From Octopus bimaculoides (lineage: Eukaryota): a DNA stretch of 64,000 nt. The stretch covers positions 138,978,323-139,042,322 of the forward strand of contig NC_068981.1 of assembly GCF_001194135.2 (NCBI RefSeq), read 5' to 3'. The notes under the pieces are model-generated. The model searched no databases. It was given only the letters and a program-made list of their open reading frames with translations, and was not told the DNA's origin. Of the stretch, positions 34,001-43,920 are shown in pieces. Position 1 is the first letter of the stretch. Each line of letters starts with the position of its first letter. The translations under genes and the position numbers were made by a program.

Positions 34001-34723
34001 NNNNNNNNNNNNNNNNNNNNNNNNNNNNNNNNNNNNNNNNNNNNNNNNNNNNNNNNNNNNNNNNNNNNNNNNNNNNNNNNNNNNNNNNNNNNNNNNNNNN
34101 NNNNNNNNNNNNNNNNNNNNNNNNNNNNNNNNNNNNNNNNNNNNNNNNNNNNNNNNNNNNNNNNNNNNNNNNNNNNNNNNNNNNNNNNNNNNNNNNNNNN
34201 NNNNNNNNNNNNNNNNNNNNNNNNNNNNNNNNNNNNNNNNNNNNNNNNNNNNNNNNNNNNNNNNNNNNNNNNNNNNNNNNNNNNNNNNNNNNNNNNNNNN
34301 NNNNNNNNNNNNNNNNNNNNNNNNNNNNNNNNNNNNNNNNNNNNNNNNNNNNNNNNNNNNNNNNNNNNNNNNNNNNNNNNNNNNNNNNNNNNNNNNNNNN
34401 NNNNNNNNNNNNNNNNNNNNNAAAAAAAAAAAAAAAAAAAAAAGAAAACTCACGAAGTCCGTCAAGAGAATTTAAGTGTGTTGGGGTTTGCGTCATTGTA
34501 TCAAATATTTTCTCAGTCAACAAAAACAAATGGAAAGCCAAACAATAAATGACAATTCTTTACTACTTACACGATAATTCATTTTTACAGTGAGAGTAGA
34601 CAAAATTTCATATCGGAAACGAGAAGAATTGCATAAAATGATAATACTTACTGGATAAAGGTAAATTATTGAAATTATTAAAGTCACAACGAAAAAGACA
34701 GCGAATATAACGAAGTCGAGCAT
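6913..34723 (-). CDS. CYP20A1: Cytochrome P450 family 20 (CYP20A1-like), complete 11-exon gene, 468 aa; heme-ligand Cys replaced by Asp
   Basis: Exons assembled by hand: 72+50+170+143+165+76+180+118+112+65+256 = 1407 nt. All introns are GT-AG with compatible phases and there is no internal stop. The N-terminus [24 protein letters not shown] and the block [17 protein letters not shown] match human CYP20A1 as I recall it (MLDFAIFAVTF...LYLYP; [17 protein letters not shown]). ETHR (ExxR), FDPERF and the C-terminal [21 protein letters not shown] are present. One-to-one orthology needs a phylogeny. Confidence 0.93.
7480..7830 (-). mobile_element. SINE family A 5' half with expanded (TA/CA)n microsatellite
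   Basis: Family A head at about 7690-7830; the microsatellite explains ORFs 7330..7695 and 7481..7672. Confidence 0.75.
8508..8775 (-). mobile_element. 5'-truncated RTE LINE 3' end (family R) with (GAT)n tail
   Basis: (ATC)n followed by gtttaacgtccgctttccatgct..., matching the 3' UTR that follows RTE ORF2 at 16913-17669. Confidence 0.85.
8919..8983 (-). CDS. CYP20A1: CYP20 exon 10 ([22 protein letters not shown])
   Basis: 65 nt; TCAG acceptor, GTATGT donor. Confidence 0.92.
10493..10604 (-). CDS. CYP20A1: CYP20 exon 9 ([23 protein letters not shown]...GHKIPKN, K-helix ExxR)
   Basis: 112 nt; TCAG acceptor, GTAATA donor; ETHR at 10582-10571. Confidence 0.93.
10811..10910. repeat. 18-bp minisatellite (ggtacatggtaactttaa), about 5.5 copies, at the head of a degenerate SINE
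   Basis: Directly visible; gives the MYLKVT repeat in ORF 10699..10908. Confidence 0.95.
11488..11995 (-). mobile_element. RTE LINE 3' UTR fragment (family R, older subfamily)
   Basis: (ATC)n tail, ttctacagctggatgccctt block and modular 3' UTR repeats. Confidence 0.8.
12716..12833 (-). CDS. CYP20A1: CYP20 exon 8 ([24 protein letters not shown]...[11 protein letters not shown])
   Basis: 118 nt; TCAG acceptor, GTAAGG donor; typical P450 end-of-I/J helix W..YFLA.H..VQ.KL. Confidence 0.93.
13085..13603 (+). mobile_element. RTE LINE 3' UTR (family R) built of about 60-65-bp modules
   Basis: Repeated cgttgccagtgcc...tggactggc...gtgcaggtg(a/g)cacgtaaaa modules ending in ...ggacgttaaacgacgatga. 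Confidence 0.85.
14198..14745. repeat. 27-bp minisatellite (agatccatggagagctgctaccactac), about 20 visible copies, spanning a 10-N gap, in CYP20 intron 7
   Basis: Directly visible; explains the overlapping ORFs 14085-14888. Confidence 0.97.
14938..15117 (-). CDS. CYP20A1: CYP20 exon 7 ([13 protein letters not shown]...SLLIDFLLK...[17 protein letters not shown]-helix)
   Basis: 180 nt; GCAG acceptor, GTAATG donor; overlaps ORF 14798..15163. Confidence 0.88.
15290..15655 (+). mobile_element. RTE LINE 3' fragment (family R, diverged)
   Basis: Remnant of the ORF2 end (gaggcaatgaccaagacctttggc) plus 3' UTR and ATG/GAT tail. Confidence 0.75.
16373..16448 (-). CDS. CYP20A1: CYP20 exon 6 ([25 protein letters not shown])
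   Basis: 76 nt; CCAG acceptor, GTATGA donor; phase 0 in, phase 1 out. Confidence 0.88.
16913..17669 (-). mobile_element. Young 5'-truncated RTE LINE (ORF2 C-terminus plus 3' UTR, internal gap), inserted in a (TA)n tract
   Basis: ORF 17448..17702 gives [19 protein letters not shown]...GRGRPRKTW, the RTE-clade C-terminal signature; (GAT)n tail at the left end. Confidence 0.9.
18919..19083 (-). CDS. CYP20A1: CYP20 exon 5 ([29 protein letters not shown]...RRNFDT)
   Basis: 165 nt; TTAG acceptor, GTAAGT donor; resembles the CYP20 ELLDKW...QHVP segment. Confidence 0.92.
21351..21704. mobile_element. MITE with about 26-bp imperfect TIRs, a 9-bp TSD (Mutator-like) and internal TTAGGG repeats, inserted into a family A SINE
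   Basis: TIR ggcgatctttcgataccagtccgaaa versus tttcggactactaccaaaggatcacc. TSD acacaccag at 21342-21350 and 21705-21713. The SINE sequence resumes after the right TSD. Confidence 0.85.
21940..22082 (-). CDS. CYP20A1: CYP20 exon 4 ([30 protein letters not shown]...TIIAK)
   Basis: 143 nt; TTAG acceptor, GTATTT donor; overlaps ORF 21835..22071. Confidence 0.9.
23347..23516 (-). CDS. CYP20A1: CYP20 exon 3 ([31 protein letters not shown]...KKIVDRS)
   Basis: 170 nt; ACAG acceptor, GTAAGA donor; overlaps ORF 23294..23506. Confidence 0.93.
24289..24655 (+). mobile_element. Non-autonomous Helentron/HINE (DINE-1-like) element
   Basis: Follows a T-run. Subterminal inverted repeat acctctgcc (24289) / ggcagaggt (24621), gttt-type microsatellite, two core repeats of about 39 bp (24500-24575), and 3' hairpin gtgctc-tct-gagcac. 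Confidence 0.65.
24805..25154. mobile_element. hAT (Charlie-like) MITE, family H
   Basis: cagaggttctcaacc...agttgagaaccagtg TIRs; imperfect 8-bp TSD gattggac/ggttagac. Confidence 0.78.
25222..25648 (+). mobile_element. SINE family A, well-preserved full-length copy
   Basis: A-box-like tggctgtgtggtaag, B-box-like gggttcattccc, CORE-like cttgggcaagtg, internal (TA)(TG)n, and tail gtaaaagag repeats. Confidence 0.9.
25727..25776 (-). CDS. CYP20A1: CYP20 exon 2 ([17 protein letters not shown])
   Basis: 50 nt; pyrimidine tract plus TTAG acceptor, GTATGT donor; phase 0 in, phase 2 out, which fits exon 3. Confidence 0.88.
25964..26378 (+). mobile_element. SINE family A, diverged copy
   Basis: Collinear with 25222-25648. 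Confidence 0.82.
27451..27630. repeat. 20-bp GC-rich minisatellite (actcctcgcgtgggacaggc), 9 copies, inside a partial piggyBac-type MITE
   Basis: Directly visible; explains ORFs 27371-27718. Confidence 0.95.
27756..28229 (-). mobile_element. SINE family A, full-length, with a short tandem duplication of the head (about 28170-28229)
   Basis: Reverse complement of the family A structure. Confidence 0.9.
29690..30015 (+). mobile_element. tRNA-derived CORE-type SINE, family C
   Basis: tggctcagcagttag (A-box-like), gagtttgattccc (B-box-like) and a cttgagcaagacact...ccagttcactcagct CORE-like block. Related pieces lie at about 10910-11100, 18170-18330 and 50330-50450. Confidence 0.75.
30785..31175 (-). 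mobile_element. Young tRNA-derived SINE (tRNA-Arg-like head), family O
   Basis: Reverse complement begins aggcgcaatggcccagtggttagggcagcggactcgcggtc...ggtttcaattccc, with A/B boxes and CpGs retained, followed by a non-tRNA body. Confidence 0.78.
33568..33802. mobile_element. Foldback MITE with about 70-bp TIRs and TTAGGG repeats in the centre (right end abuts an N-gap)
   Basis: gtttagggggataaaaaaataaataaaaatattcaagggaagtaactgaacgtcttaccagtattctccgt is mirrored at 33731-33802. An inner palindrome ctgtttataaataaat / atttatttataaacag is also present. Confidence 0.82.
33803..34421. other. Assembly gap (others: 14300-14309, 17143-17282, 22329-22459, 26867-26876, 35371-35663, 37161-37664, 41771-42063, 57783-58098)
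   Basis: Runs of N; X-containing ORFs in the track are artefacts. Confidence 1.
34652..34723 (-). CDS. CYP20A1: CYP20 exon 1 ([24 protein letters not shown], signal-anchor)
   Basis: ATG at 34723-34721; 72 nt; donor GTAAGT; hydrophobic N-terminal anchor. Confidence 0.93.
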
Positions 34724-35340
34724 GGTCGTGGAAAGCCTCCTAGATTTGCATTCATAAATGTTAACAAAATCGGAAGTTGAAATATAAATATAGGAAAGTC
34801 TATTTGCTTCTGATTAATATAAAGAAAAAAAATTAGCAGTTTCGTTGCAAATCTTGATTTTACTTCGTTAGTGTTATCAGGTTTTCCCACGAAATTCTGC
34901 AACGTATCAATGGGATGCAGCCGCTGCTGCGTGGACAGCAAAATATTTAGCTGCCGGTGAAACCCAAAGAAAAGTTCCTAATTCAGAAAAAGGTTTAAAA
35001 CACGTACACGCATCATTATTGTTAATTTCTTGTACCGGCAATTTAAATATATAAAAGTAAATATTAACTGAATAAAGGACTCCCTACAAACGTTGAGCCA
35101 GATATTTTAAATAAATTTATTGACAGTCGCTTCCAAGTTTCGCCGGTCGTCGATCTCGTATCACACACACACACACAGCAAAAACTGGTTACACATTAGA
35201 ATATACAATTAATGCATACGCAATTAAACAAAACTCAATATAGTTGAGTGGAGTGAGATCATTTTTATTCAAAACTTTCTCTCCGCAAATCATGATTCCG
35301 AACAGTATGTTGGTACTTTCGTCCGCCTGACTAAAGCGGT
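34724..35340 (-). promoter_or_regulatory. Probable CYP20 5' UTR and proximal promoter
   Basis: Immediately upstream of the ATG; CpG-retaining; ETS-like CGGAAGT and an octamer ATTTGCAT within about 60 bp of the ATG. The TSS cannot be determined and the motifs could be chance. Confidence 0.45.
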
Positions 35341-35674
35341 AAAATATCTAAATATTTCTTTTCAAAATACNNNNNNNNNNNNNNNNNNNNNNNNNNNNNN
35401 NNNNNNNNNNNNNNNNNNNNNNNNNNNNNNNNNNNNNNNNNNNNNNNNNNNNNNNNNNNNNNNNNNNNNNNNNNNNNNNNNNNNNNNNNNNNNNNNNNNN
35501 NNNNNNNNNNNNNNNNNNNNNNNNNNNNNNNNNNNNNNNNNNNNNNNNNNNNNNNNNNNNNNNNNNNNNNNNNNNNNNNNNNNNNNNNNNNNNNNNNNNN
35601 NNNNNNNNNNNNNNNNNNNNNNNNNNNNNNNNNNNNNNNNNNNNNNNNNNNNNNNNNNNNNNNNGCAGAAACAA

Positions 35675-36900
35675 GAACGTTGGGAATACCTAAGTAGTGG
35701 AGGTACGAGACTAGCCATTCCAAGGAGCATAGGAAAATAGTAACAATAAAAAAAAAAGACAGAGAGGAAACAGCACTCTTGTAGGTGAGAAGCTGGAATG
35801 TGTCGTTTAGTGATGGAGCACCAATCAGCCGACTAGTTCTTTTCTGGATGCGATCCAAGATGTGTGTGCGTAGTAGAAATGGAAGCAGTTCTCAGTTATG
35901 AATCTACTTGAGCCTTCAGCTGCTGTTGAAAGCTAAAATATGTAAGATAAATATATTTCAATGCAGTTATCGTCAGTGTAGCAACGATATACTTTGGTTG
36001 AGTTAAGAGATGAATGAACAAGAAGTCTGTGTGAAGTTCCAAAGATAAAATATTTATTTGTCGTTAAAACGAACGACAGAAGAAAGAAACATATTTAAGC
36101 CAAATTAATCAATCCAACAGTTTGTTTGAGATGTTGCCAGTAATAGTAATCGTCGTTGTATGTATTCTAGCAGTGAGCTGGCTTAGGCTGTATCGTGACC
36201 ATTGTCGTAATTGACCTTAGCTGATGTTGCGTGTCGTAAATTCCTGCAGCGATTGGCCTTGTTTGTCTTACGATCACTGGCCAGTTAGCAGGAAAGCAAA
36301 AAGAAGCTGCTATATTGCGAAGAAATGGACGCTAAGGACGAAATTGTTAATGACAATTTAATATGTTGTTCCGAAAATAAATGCTTGTTACAGTTTTAAC
36401 AGAAGGATTTGGAAGAATTAGATGAAAGTTCTCCGGTCATTTTCTTTCGTGTAAATAATTATGTTAGTTTAAGAATTTGCCACCAAAATCTTATAAAATG
36501 ACAATGTTCTAAAAGAAGAAAAAATGCTTGTTTACAAAACCGGGATGATGAATTACACCTCTGCTTGGTCTATTGATTTGAGTGGTCAGTTCTTTACTGA
36601 TGTCATCAAACCATGACAGCATCCACTTTCGGGTATTTTTACTTTTACGTGTGAAAATAGTGATTCGGATATGATTCCTTAAAAGCTAGTTTATGTTTGA
36701 GACTCTGCCAGATATTCCTGCTAAAGATATTTTCTAACCTTGAAGAGAGGCGCTAATTTGAGGGACGTGGTCTTTGCTATGTTGAGGATGTGCTTTCACT
36801 CAAAGAGAGGCTCATGATAGTGAGGCCCAGTATTTGGAGTGACTGTGAGGGCTCTAGCTGACATCAGCTCATGTTTAGAGGGCTGAGGTGCAGTGGTGTT
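35675..36900 (-). mobile_element. Degenerate CR1/Jockey-type LINE RT C-terminal fragments, interrupted by an unclassified repeat (about 35990-36720)
   Basis: Minus-strand MDRIQKRTSRLIGAPSL (35858 downward) resembles LDRVQKRAIRLI. About 36880-36720 reads like LGLTI...IAK...KL..LFKVRKY. Confidence 0.6.
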
Positions 36901-38899
36901 TTTTTCATAGAAGTAGTACTTGATTTCTGGCTGCTGAAAGAGGCAACGTTAGCATGTCCCCACCAGATGTTCCCAACGTTTCCGTTTATATGGTGGTTAT
37001 CTATATATTCTTTGGTTATTCACAATGTGAGGTAGCTTGCGTGTGTAGACAATGACAGTTAAAGTTCAATTGAGTTTTCAAATAGTTTATTAAACTGCAT
37101 TGTTACATTGGCAAATATATGTAGTGAAACTACCTATCGTCACTAGATACAAAACTGCTANNNNNNNNNNNNNNNNNNNNNNNNNNNNNNNNNNNNNNNN
37201 NNNNNNNNNNNNNNNNNNNNNNNNNNNNNNNNNNNNNNNNNNNNNNNNNNNNNNNNNNNNNNNNNNNNNNNNNNNNNNNNNNNNNNNNNNNNNNNNNNNN
37301 NNNNNNNNNNNNNNNNNNNNNNNNNNNNNNNNNNNNNNNNNNNNNNNNNNNNNNNNNNNNNNNNNNNNNNNNNNNNNNNNNNNNNNNNNNNNNNNNNNNN
37401 NNNNNNNNNNNNNNNNNNNNNNNNNNNNNNNNNNNNNNNNNNNNNNNNNNNNNNNNNNNNNNNNNNNNNNNNNNNNNNNNNNNNNNNNNNNNNNNNNNNN
37501 NNNNNNNNNNNNNNNNNNNNNNNNNNNNNNNNNNNNNNNNNNNNNNNNNNNNNNNNNNNNNNNNNNNNNNNNNNNNNNNNNNNNNNNNNNNNNNNNNNNN
37601 NNNNNNNNNNNNNNNNNNNNNNNNNNNNNNNNNNNNNNNNNNNNNNNNNNNNNNNNNNNNNNNNTGACCAACACGATTACTACCAAGCATCAATCTCCAC
37701 CAGCGTCAACACGACTTACTATGTACACCAAACCAAACCTCCGCGGCACATCTCTCTCTTCGATTCTGTTAGGTGACTCAGCTTCACCACTAGTGATCAG
37801 CTCTGCCACACTCATCCCCCTCACTTTCCCATACAGAACTTTTCCTATAGTGTACTAAAGAACTGGTATAATTGCTCACGTGTTATTGACTCTCTTTCCA
37901 TCTGCTGTAATATTTCACATACACACACATGTATCACTCACATACACACTTTTCTTTGTATGACGGCCTATCTTTGATTATGTTCTTATATGTCGCATTT
38001 CACACTCACACACAGACACATCTTTAACGCTACAATAAATATCTCTGTAATTCATCTTATACGGTTGTGGTCTTTCATTACTGGTCATCTATGTTATCGT
38101 CGCATAACATTATTTGTATATCATCATTTGATATATATTTTGTGTTCGACCGTGTGACACGTTTAAATAAAAGGAGTCCTCTGTTTTTCCATTCGTCACC
38201 ATATCTCCTTTTTGAGTTCGCACGGTCGTTTCCTTACATATATATCCAATTAATTAATGGAATGTAACGAAGAAATAATTGTTGGTTGGTAAATGGAAGA
38301 ACAAGAAGTCTATATGAAGTTATAAACACGAAATATTTATTATCGTTAACATAAATGTGCTGTCGTTGCGACGAACGACAGAGAAAAAAAGAAAAAGATA
38401 TTTAAACCAAGTGAATCTGTAATGATAGCAGCCATCGTTGAATTACTGATGTAGTCGTCGTCGAATTTCATAGCCGAAGTTGAATTGGTGTAAATTCCTA
38501 ATCTTGGCTGTCACGACCATCTATATATAGCTAATGTCTGTCAAAGAAAAGGCGCCAAATACGAAATTGTTAACGACATTTCAATAAGCTGTTTGTCCAA
38601 AAAACGCTTGTTCACAACATCAGAGTTAGTTCTGATTTTTTTTTTTAGCGGGGGGCCGGTCAAACTAGCAACTGATAAAAAAAAGTTTTGTGTTTATCAC
38701 AAACTTGCTGACGTCATTAATCTTTGACAGCATCCTGTTTATAATTTAGTTTAGTTCTTTTTACATTTGATTATAATGATTCGGGTTCGATTCCTATGCA
38801 GTGAGATGGTGTTTGGGACTCTGCCATTATTCTTGCTACAGGAACAATGTTCAATGAACATAACAGTAGGAATCTTCAGTTGAAAATAATGAAAGGAAT

Positions 38900-41130
38900 A
38901 TAAATCACGACATATAATTAATATGGGTTATTCGTCATTAAAAGTTAGGGTGAATGCCTTTTGTCGAGTACTGCACAAGATGTTAAATGAAAGAGGTGGA
39001 GAGAGATCAAGTCGTTGAGACAAGCGACATAGATTCCACTAGACAGCTAGTGGCTCTTTAGCCTGAGGTTAAATAGGTGAGACACTATTATGCGAGTGTA
39101 AAGCAATATGACCAGTATAAACTTGAGATAACCTTGCTAAAAGTTGAATTCGTTCAGAATCTTCGTTCAAACTGTTTGGCAGGACAACTCAAACGCTTCC
39201 ATAGAAGTTTGCCTCAGCCATAGGTCAACCATTGCAAATTGGTCGAACCATATTCACGTAAGCGTTAATGCATTTTATGGCAACACTTTTCTTTTTATGG
39301 AGATACATTAGCTCGTGGTTGTCGACTGGAAAAACTAGAGCTATGGTTCAAATCTCAGGCAGGATTTTGCTGCAATGCAGGCTGGTGTGTGGTGTCTAGG
39401 TTGCGTGTGGATGATGCATAGTTAGAGAAGATTAGGGATGAATGAAGGCTTGTGTCATCTCCATAAGAATAGGCATTGTTGGATGTAGCGGTAAGAAAAT
39501 CATTGTTTATAGGCGAAGAGAGTGGGGGACAAAACCGAATTCCAAAGAACAAATTGATTGAGAATGGCACAGAAAGGGCTTGATCAATGCATATTGCAAC
39601 GGTGCTATCTGATAGGAAGCCAATGGTCCAGGTAATGAGAGATGGATGGAACTCATAAGCGTGAAATTTTGATAGGAGATTCGCTTTCTCGACACAGCCG
39701 AAGGCTTTGGTGATATCTAGAGTAGCAACATTGCTTTCGCCGAACTTCTCTAAATCGAAAACCTACTGGTGAATAACATATGAAACGAGTTCTCTTGTGG
39801 GAAGCCGTACAGGAGGTCACTACGGAGAGGAGACAGAAAGAAAGGAAATTAAGATATCAGAACATCATTGTTAATGACTGTCTCCCTTACCTGGATCGAA
39901 GATATTGCTTTTCTTGAAGTTGGAACACATAACTATGTACTTCCACATATCAGTGTATATCCCCGTAGACATTAAGAAATTAAAGAATTTGGTAGATATA
40001 GAAACAAGTTCTATGGTGCCGAGTTTTAATGTAGTCAAAGCCGATGGCCTTATTTGTTTGACACAAATGGGGTTACTTCTGCATTTCACGTTTATTCAAT
40101 ACATTCCTACACATATTTCATTAATGAAAATATCCATTATGCAAGGTATTACTTTAAAATCACATTACATAACCAAATCAGTTATCTTATGTCCTGAACA
40201 GAAGTCAGATTCTGTTGAAACATTAAATCTGGCGAACTATTATAGAGGGTCATACGGTTAAATTTTCTTTTGTTATACAAACTCTGATGATTTGATGGTG
40301 CAATCTGATTGTAAGCTAATACTTTGCAAAAACAAATAAGTGTAAGAAAGAATTAAATAAACAGGAAAACTTGCCTGCATTCTTTTGCGGGCGGGCGCAC
40401 GCGCGCGCAACACACACACATGCATGCGTGCAATCTGTGTTCGAGAGAGAGAGAGGGGAGGGAGGGAGAAGAGAGAGAGCATGAATCTTACTTGGTGGAT
40501 GAACAAATGCATGTCTATCACAGCAGCATAATCAGCATTGACAATGATAAAAGGAAGATTAATTTTTATTGATGATTCTCGTGGCACAAGCAAACCCTTC
40601 CTTAAGAAACACCTACACCCGAAAGTTCCCTAAGGGCAGCATATTACTCTGACAGTAGCATCAAATGGCATTGTAGCAACACGTTTTGATGGAGGAAACT
40701 GCACACACCATCACTAAATTTCCCTAAGACCTCACACGACATGACTACTATGAAACATCATGAACAAATTACCCAAGGCAAGCCGAAGGTGGGCAACTGA
40801 CGCTTTGGATTGCTCAATGCAGGATTTGAAAGACAACACACACCTAACAGGAACAGTGACCGTGGTTCTAGCTGGGGATTTCTAACGAACTTTGTGCACT
40901 TGAGTATTGAGGATTCTGTTGGTGAATTTGCTATCCAGCTACTCCTAGTGGGAAATGAATTTCTTGACAGGGATTCTAGTGGCCATATTCCATTGTCCTG
41001 AGGGCAGATCACTGAGAGAGAACGAGCTGATTGTTAATCTTTTCAAACATTTATATTCGATAGTTTGATTCCAAATGGCTTTGCGAGCGAGTCATCTCCG
41101 CACGAAAACTGTTACAGTGAGAAAAATTAA
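38900..41130 (-). mobile_element. Degenerate CR1/Jockey-type LINE (RT and probable endonuclease remnant)
   Basis: Minus-strand remnants: LKLGTIELVSISTKFFNFLMSTGIYTDMWK (RT N-terminal block), VATLDITKAFGCVEKANLLSKF (DxxKAFD block) and NNDFL...YSYGDDTSL (YADD-like). Many stops and frameshifts. Confidence 0.8.
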
Positions 41131-41201
41131 TGGAAGCTACAGGAACCCTTTCACACCATCTAATGTTGAAGCATCGAGTATGCTACTTTATTAGTCTAGA
41201 C

Positions 41202-41541
41202 CTGGAGTTCTCAACCGGGGTCCATATGGCCCCTAAGGGTCCATATGAGAATTTTGGGGGTCCATGCTACAAAATAGTAAATTGGGGATCCACAATAGTA
41301 TTTTTAAGGGCTCTGAAAAAGATTTTGCTTTAGATATATGTATTGGTATTTATTGCAAGAGGCTTCTTTCTCTAATTTTACATAGTTCAACCTGCACAAG
41401 TTAATTTTTGAAAAACAGAAAAGGAATTTTGAAAGAAGTTTCTATAAAACTAGTTTTTAAACATCGAATGGGTATAGGGGCCCATCAGAATAAGATAGTA
41501 ATCAAAGGGATTCATTGGTAAAAAGTGGTTGAGAACCCCTA
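41202..41541. mobile_element. hAT (Charlie-like) MITE, family H, opposite orientation to 24805-25154
   Basis: ctggagttctcaacc...ggttgagaacccct TIRs; TSD gtctagac/gtctagat matching the NTCTAGAN target. Confidence 0.85.
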
Positions 41542-43610
41542 GTCTAGATCTTCTGAAGCCAAAGTATTTGACAAAGTTTTCCGTTTCCTGTCACACTCAA
41601 GTCTGCCATGACTACCAATCAATATTTAGAGCAATCACTGAAAGTTGCTAAACTGAACCTGGCAGATGCTAAATTCTCATGTGCAAAGATTTGTGATGAT
41701 TACTTCAAGAGTTGGGAAACTCGATCCTCTTTATTATAGTACCACAGAGTAAAAATCAAGAACATTGTTTNNNNNNNNNNNNNNNNNNNNNNNNNNNNNN
41801 NNNNNNNNNNNNNNNNNNNNNNNNNNNNNNNNNNNNNNNNNNNNNNNNNNNNNNNNNNNNNNNNNNNNNNNNNNNNNNNNNNNNNNNNNNNNNNNNNNNN
41901 NNNNNNNNNNNNNNNNNNNNNNNNNNNNNNNNNNNNNNNNNNNNNNNNNNNNNNNNNNNNNNNNNNNNNNNNNNNNNNNNNNNNNNNNNNNNNNNNNNNN
42001 NNNNNNNNNNNNNNNNNNNNNNNNNNNNNNNNNNNNNNNNNNNNNNNNNNNNNNNNNNNNNNNAAATTTAAAAAGAAAAAAGCAAATAAAACGAAGAAAA
42101 AAAAAAGAAAATGAAAAAAGCAAATAAAACGAAGCTATGGCTTAATCAGCCAAAGGAGTAAATATAAACAACTGAATACTTGTCAGTGATTGGTTGAAAT
42201 GATCGAAATAAGACAATTTTTTACATGAAATAAATTCGAATACAAAAATATTTTTCTGTTCTATAACACAAAATAGATAAGTATACGAAGTTTGAAAGTC
42301 TTTCGGTACCAAAAACACTACGTAAAACATTAATGAAAAATGTGGCCCCCGTTTTTAAAAAGATCCCATATATGTATGTATACATGCATATGCTCATATA
42401 TCATTTGTGTCAGTCATTGGACAGCAACTACACTGGAAAATCACCTTTAAGGGTCTTCAGACGATGATACCGACTGGACTACTTGTATCGATCTTTCTTT
42501 GGGGACATAAAGGGATACAACATAAACAGCCACACCGGTTTTTGAACCGATGTAAACATAAATGCAGACGCATTATATATGTGTATGAGTGTGAAGTATT
42601 TCTGTAGTTATTATTTCAGAAGTTCCATTCAGAAAAAAACTGGTCAATCGACAGTTACTATTAAAGATACATGTACTATATCTATCACACAGTGGAACTG
42701 AACAAGCAACGACGTGGTTGCTTAGCGACTTGTTAACCATATAGACATGCCTGAAAATAATATAGTCTTGGCATGGCTGAAACGCTTTGATCAAAGGGCC
42801 GGCTTGATAAACGCGGACATGAAGCTGTTAGCCTATACAGACCTGAGACTAAATAATGCAAACCTCCTCACAAAATCCCACCCCTGTCTTATTGATAGAT
42901 TTCAAGTTGACTATATTGATGGAAGATTATAAATATTAAAATAATTATTCTTTCCAGTTAGCTTTAAAACACTTTTTTCCTTGACGAAAAAACAGAAAGG
43001 AACCTGTCAACATTAACTTAACTAATTACAAGTATAAGTTAACCTAACATTAAAAAAAATCAATAATAAAAATAATACAAACAAAAATTAAAAATTTTAA
43101 AAAGTTATGTATAATGTCATGAATAAAATATCTTTAATTATTTCAATTTCAAGTACTTCTAAAAGCAAAATAAATTTAATATAATAATCATAAATAAATA
43201 AATAAATTTAGAAGTTTGCATGATCATAGAAAAATCTATTTCTTCTTCCAGAATATTCTGGATGGTTAATGAATGCTGCGGCATTGAAACATTCAGTGCG
43301 GAATAGTTGTAGGTCTAATACATCCAGTGTACCGTATCTCCTCCCTCTTTCAACGTTGTTATACCATAACGACATTCAATCAGTTGGGAAACATTATAAG
43401 GCAAACTTCTCTCTTGGTTTATTATTATTTATTACTGTAACATTGCTAATTTTACATATCGAATTATCTATATACATATATATATTTACCGGTTATATAT
43501 ATATAACTTATCTGTTGGAGGAAAGAGGAAAAAGGATTCAAAAACAAACAGAACGAAACAAAACAAAAACTGGTAGAAAAGAACGCATAAAAAAAAAAGT
43601 AGCAGACAAA

Positions 43611-43646
43611 ATGAGTATAAACTACAGCAAGTGGGATCATATTGAG
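43611..43646 (+). CDS. CDC37: CDC37 coding exon 1 ([12 protein letters not shown])
   Basis: ATG in the context gacaaaATGA; 36 nt; donor GTAAGT at 43647. Confidence 0.92.
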
Positions 43647-43856
43647 GTAAGTAAAAAAAAGATATAGTTTTGTCACCATGAAGTATCATTATACATAGCG
43701 GCGAAGAGAATTAACTAACGTTGAGTGTAGCTTCGAACAAGTAAACTGCATGTGTCGAGTAGTAAGCTCTTATTTTATTTCCTCTTCGTTTATACTTTGA
43801 AACGGGATTGTGTGTATGTATATACTTATACGTGTCTCTCTCTTTCTCTCTCTCTC

Positions 43857-43920
<64 letters not shown>

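Noticed and set aside
33766-42127. Long ORFs containing X runs
   Set aside because: Artefacts of assembly gaps
43269-43610. In-frame upstream extension of CDC37 (ORF 43269..43667, 132 aa)
   Set aside because: Low-complexity AT-rich translation with no Cdc37 similarity. The conserved protein starts at ATG 43611, so this is probably 5' UTR or promoter.
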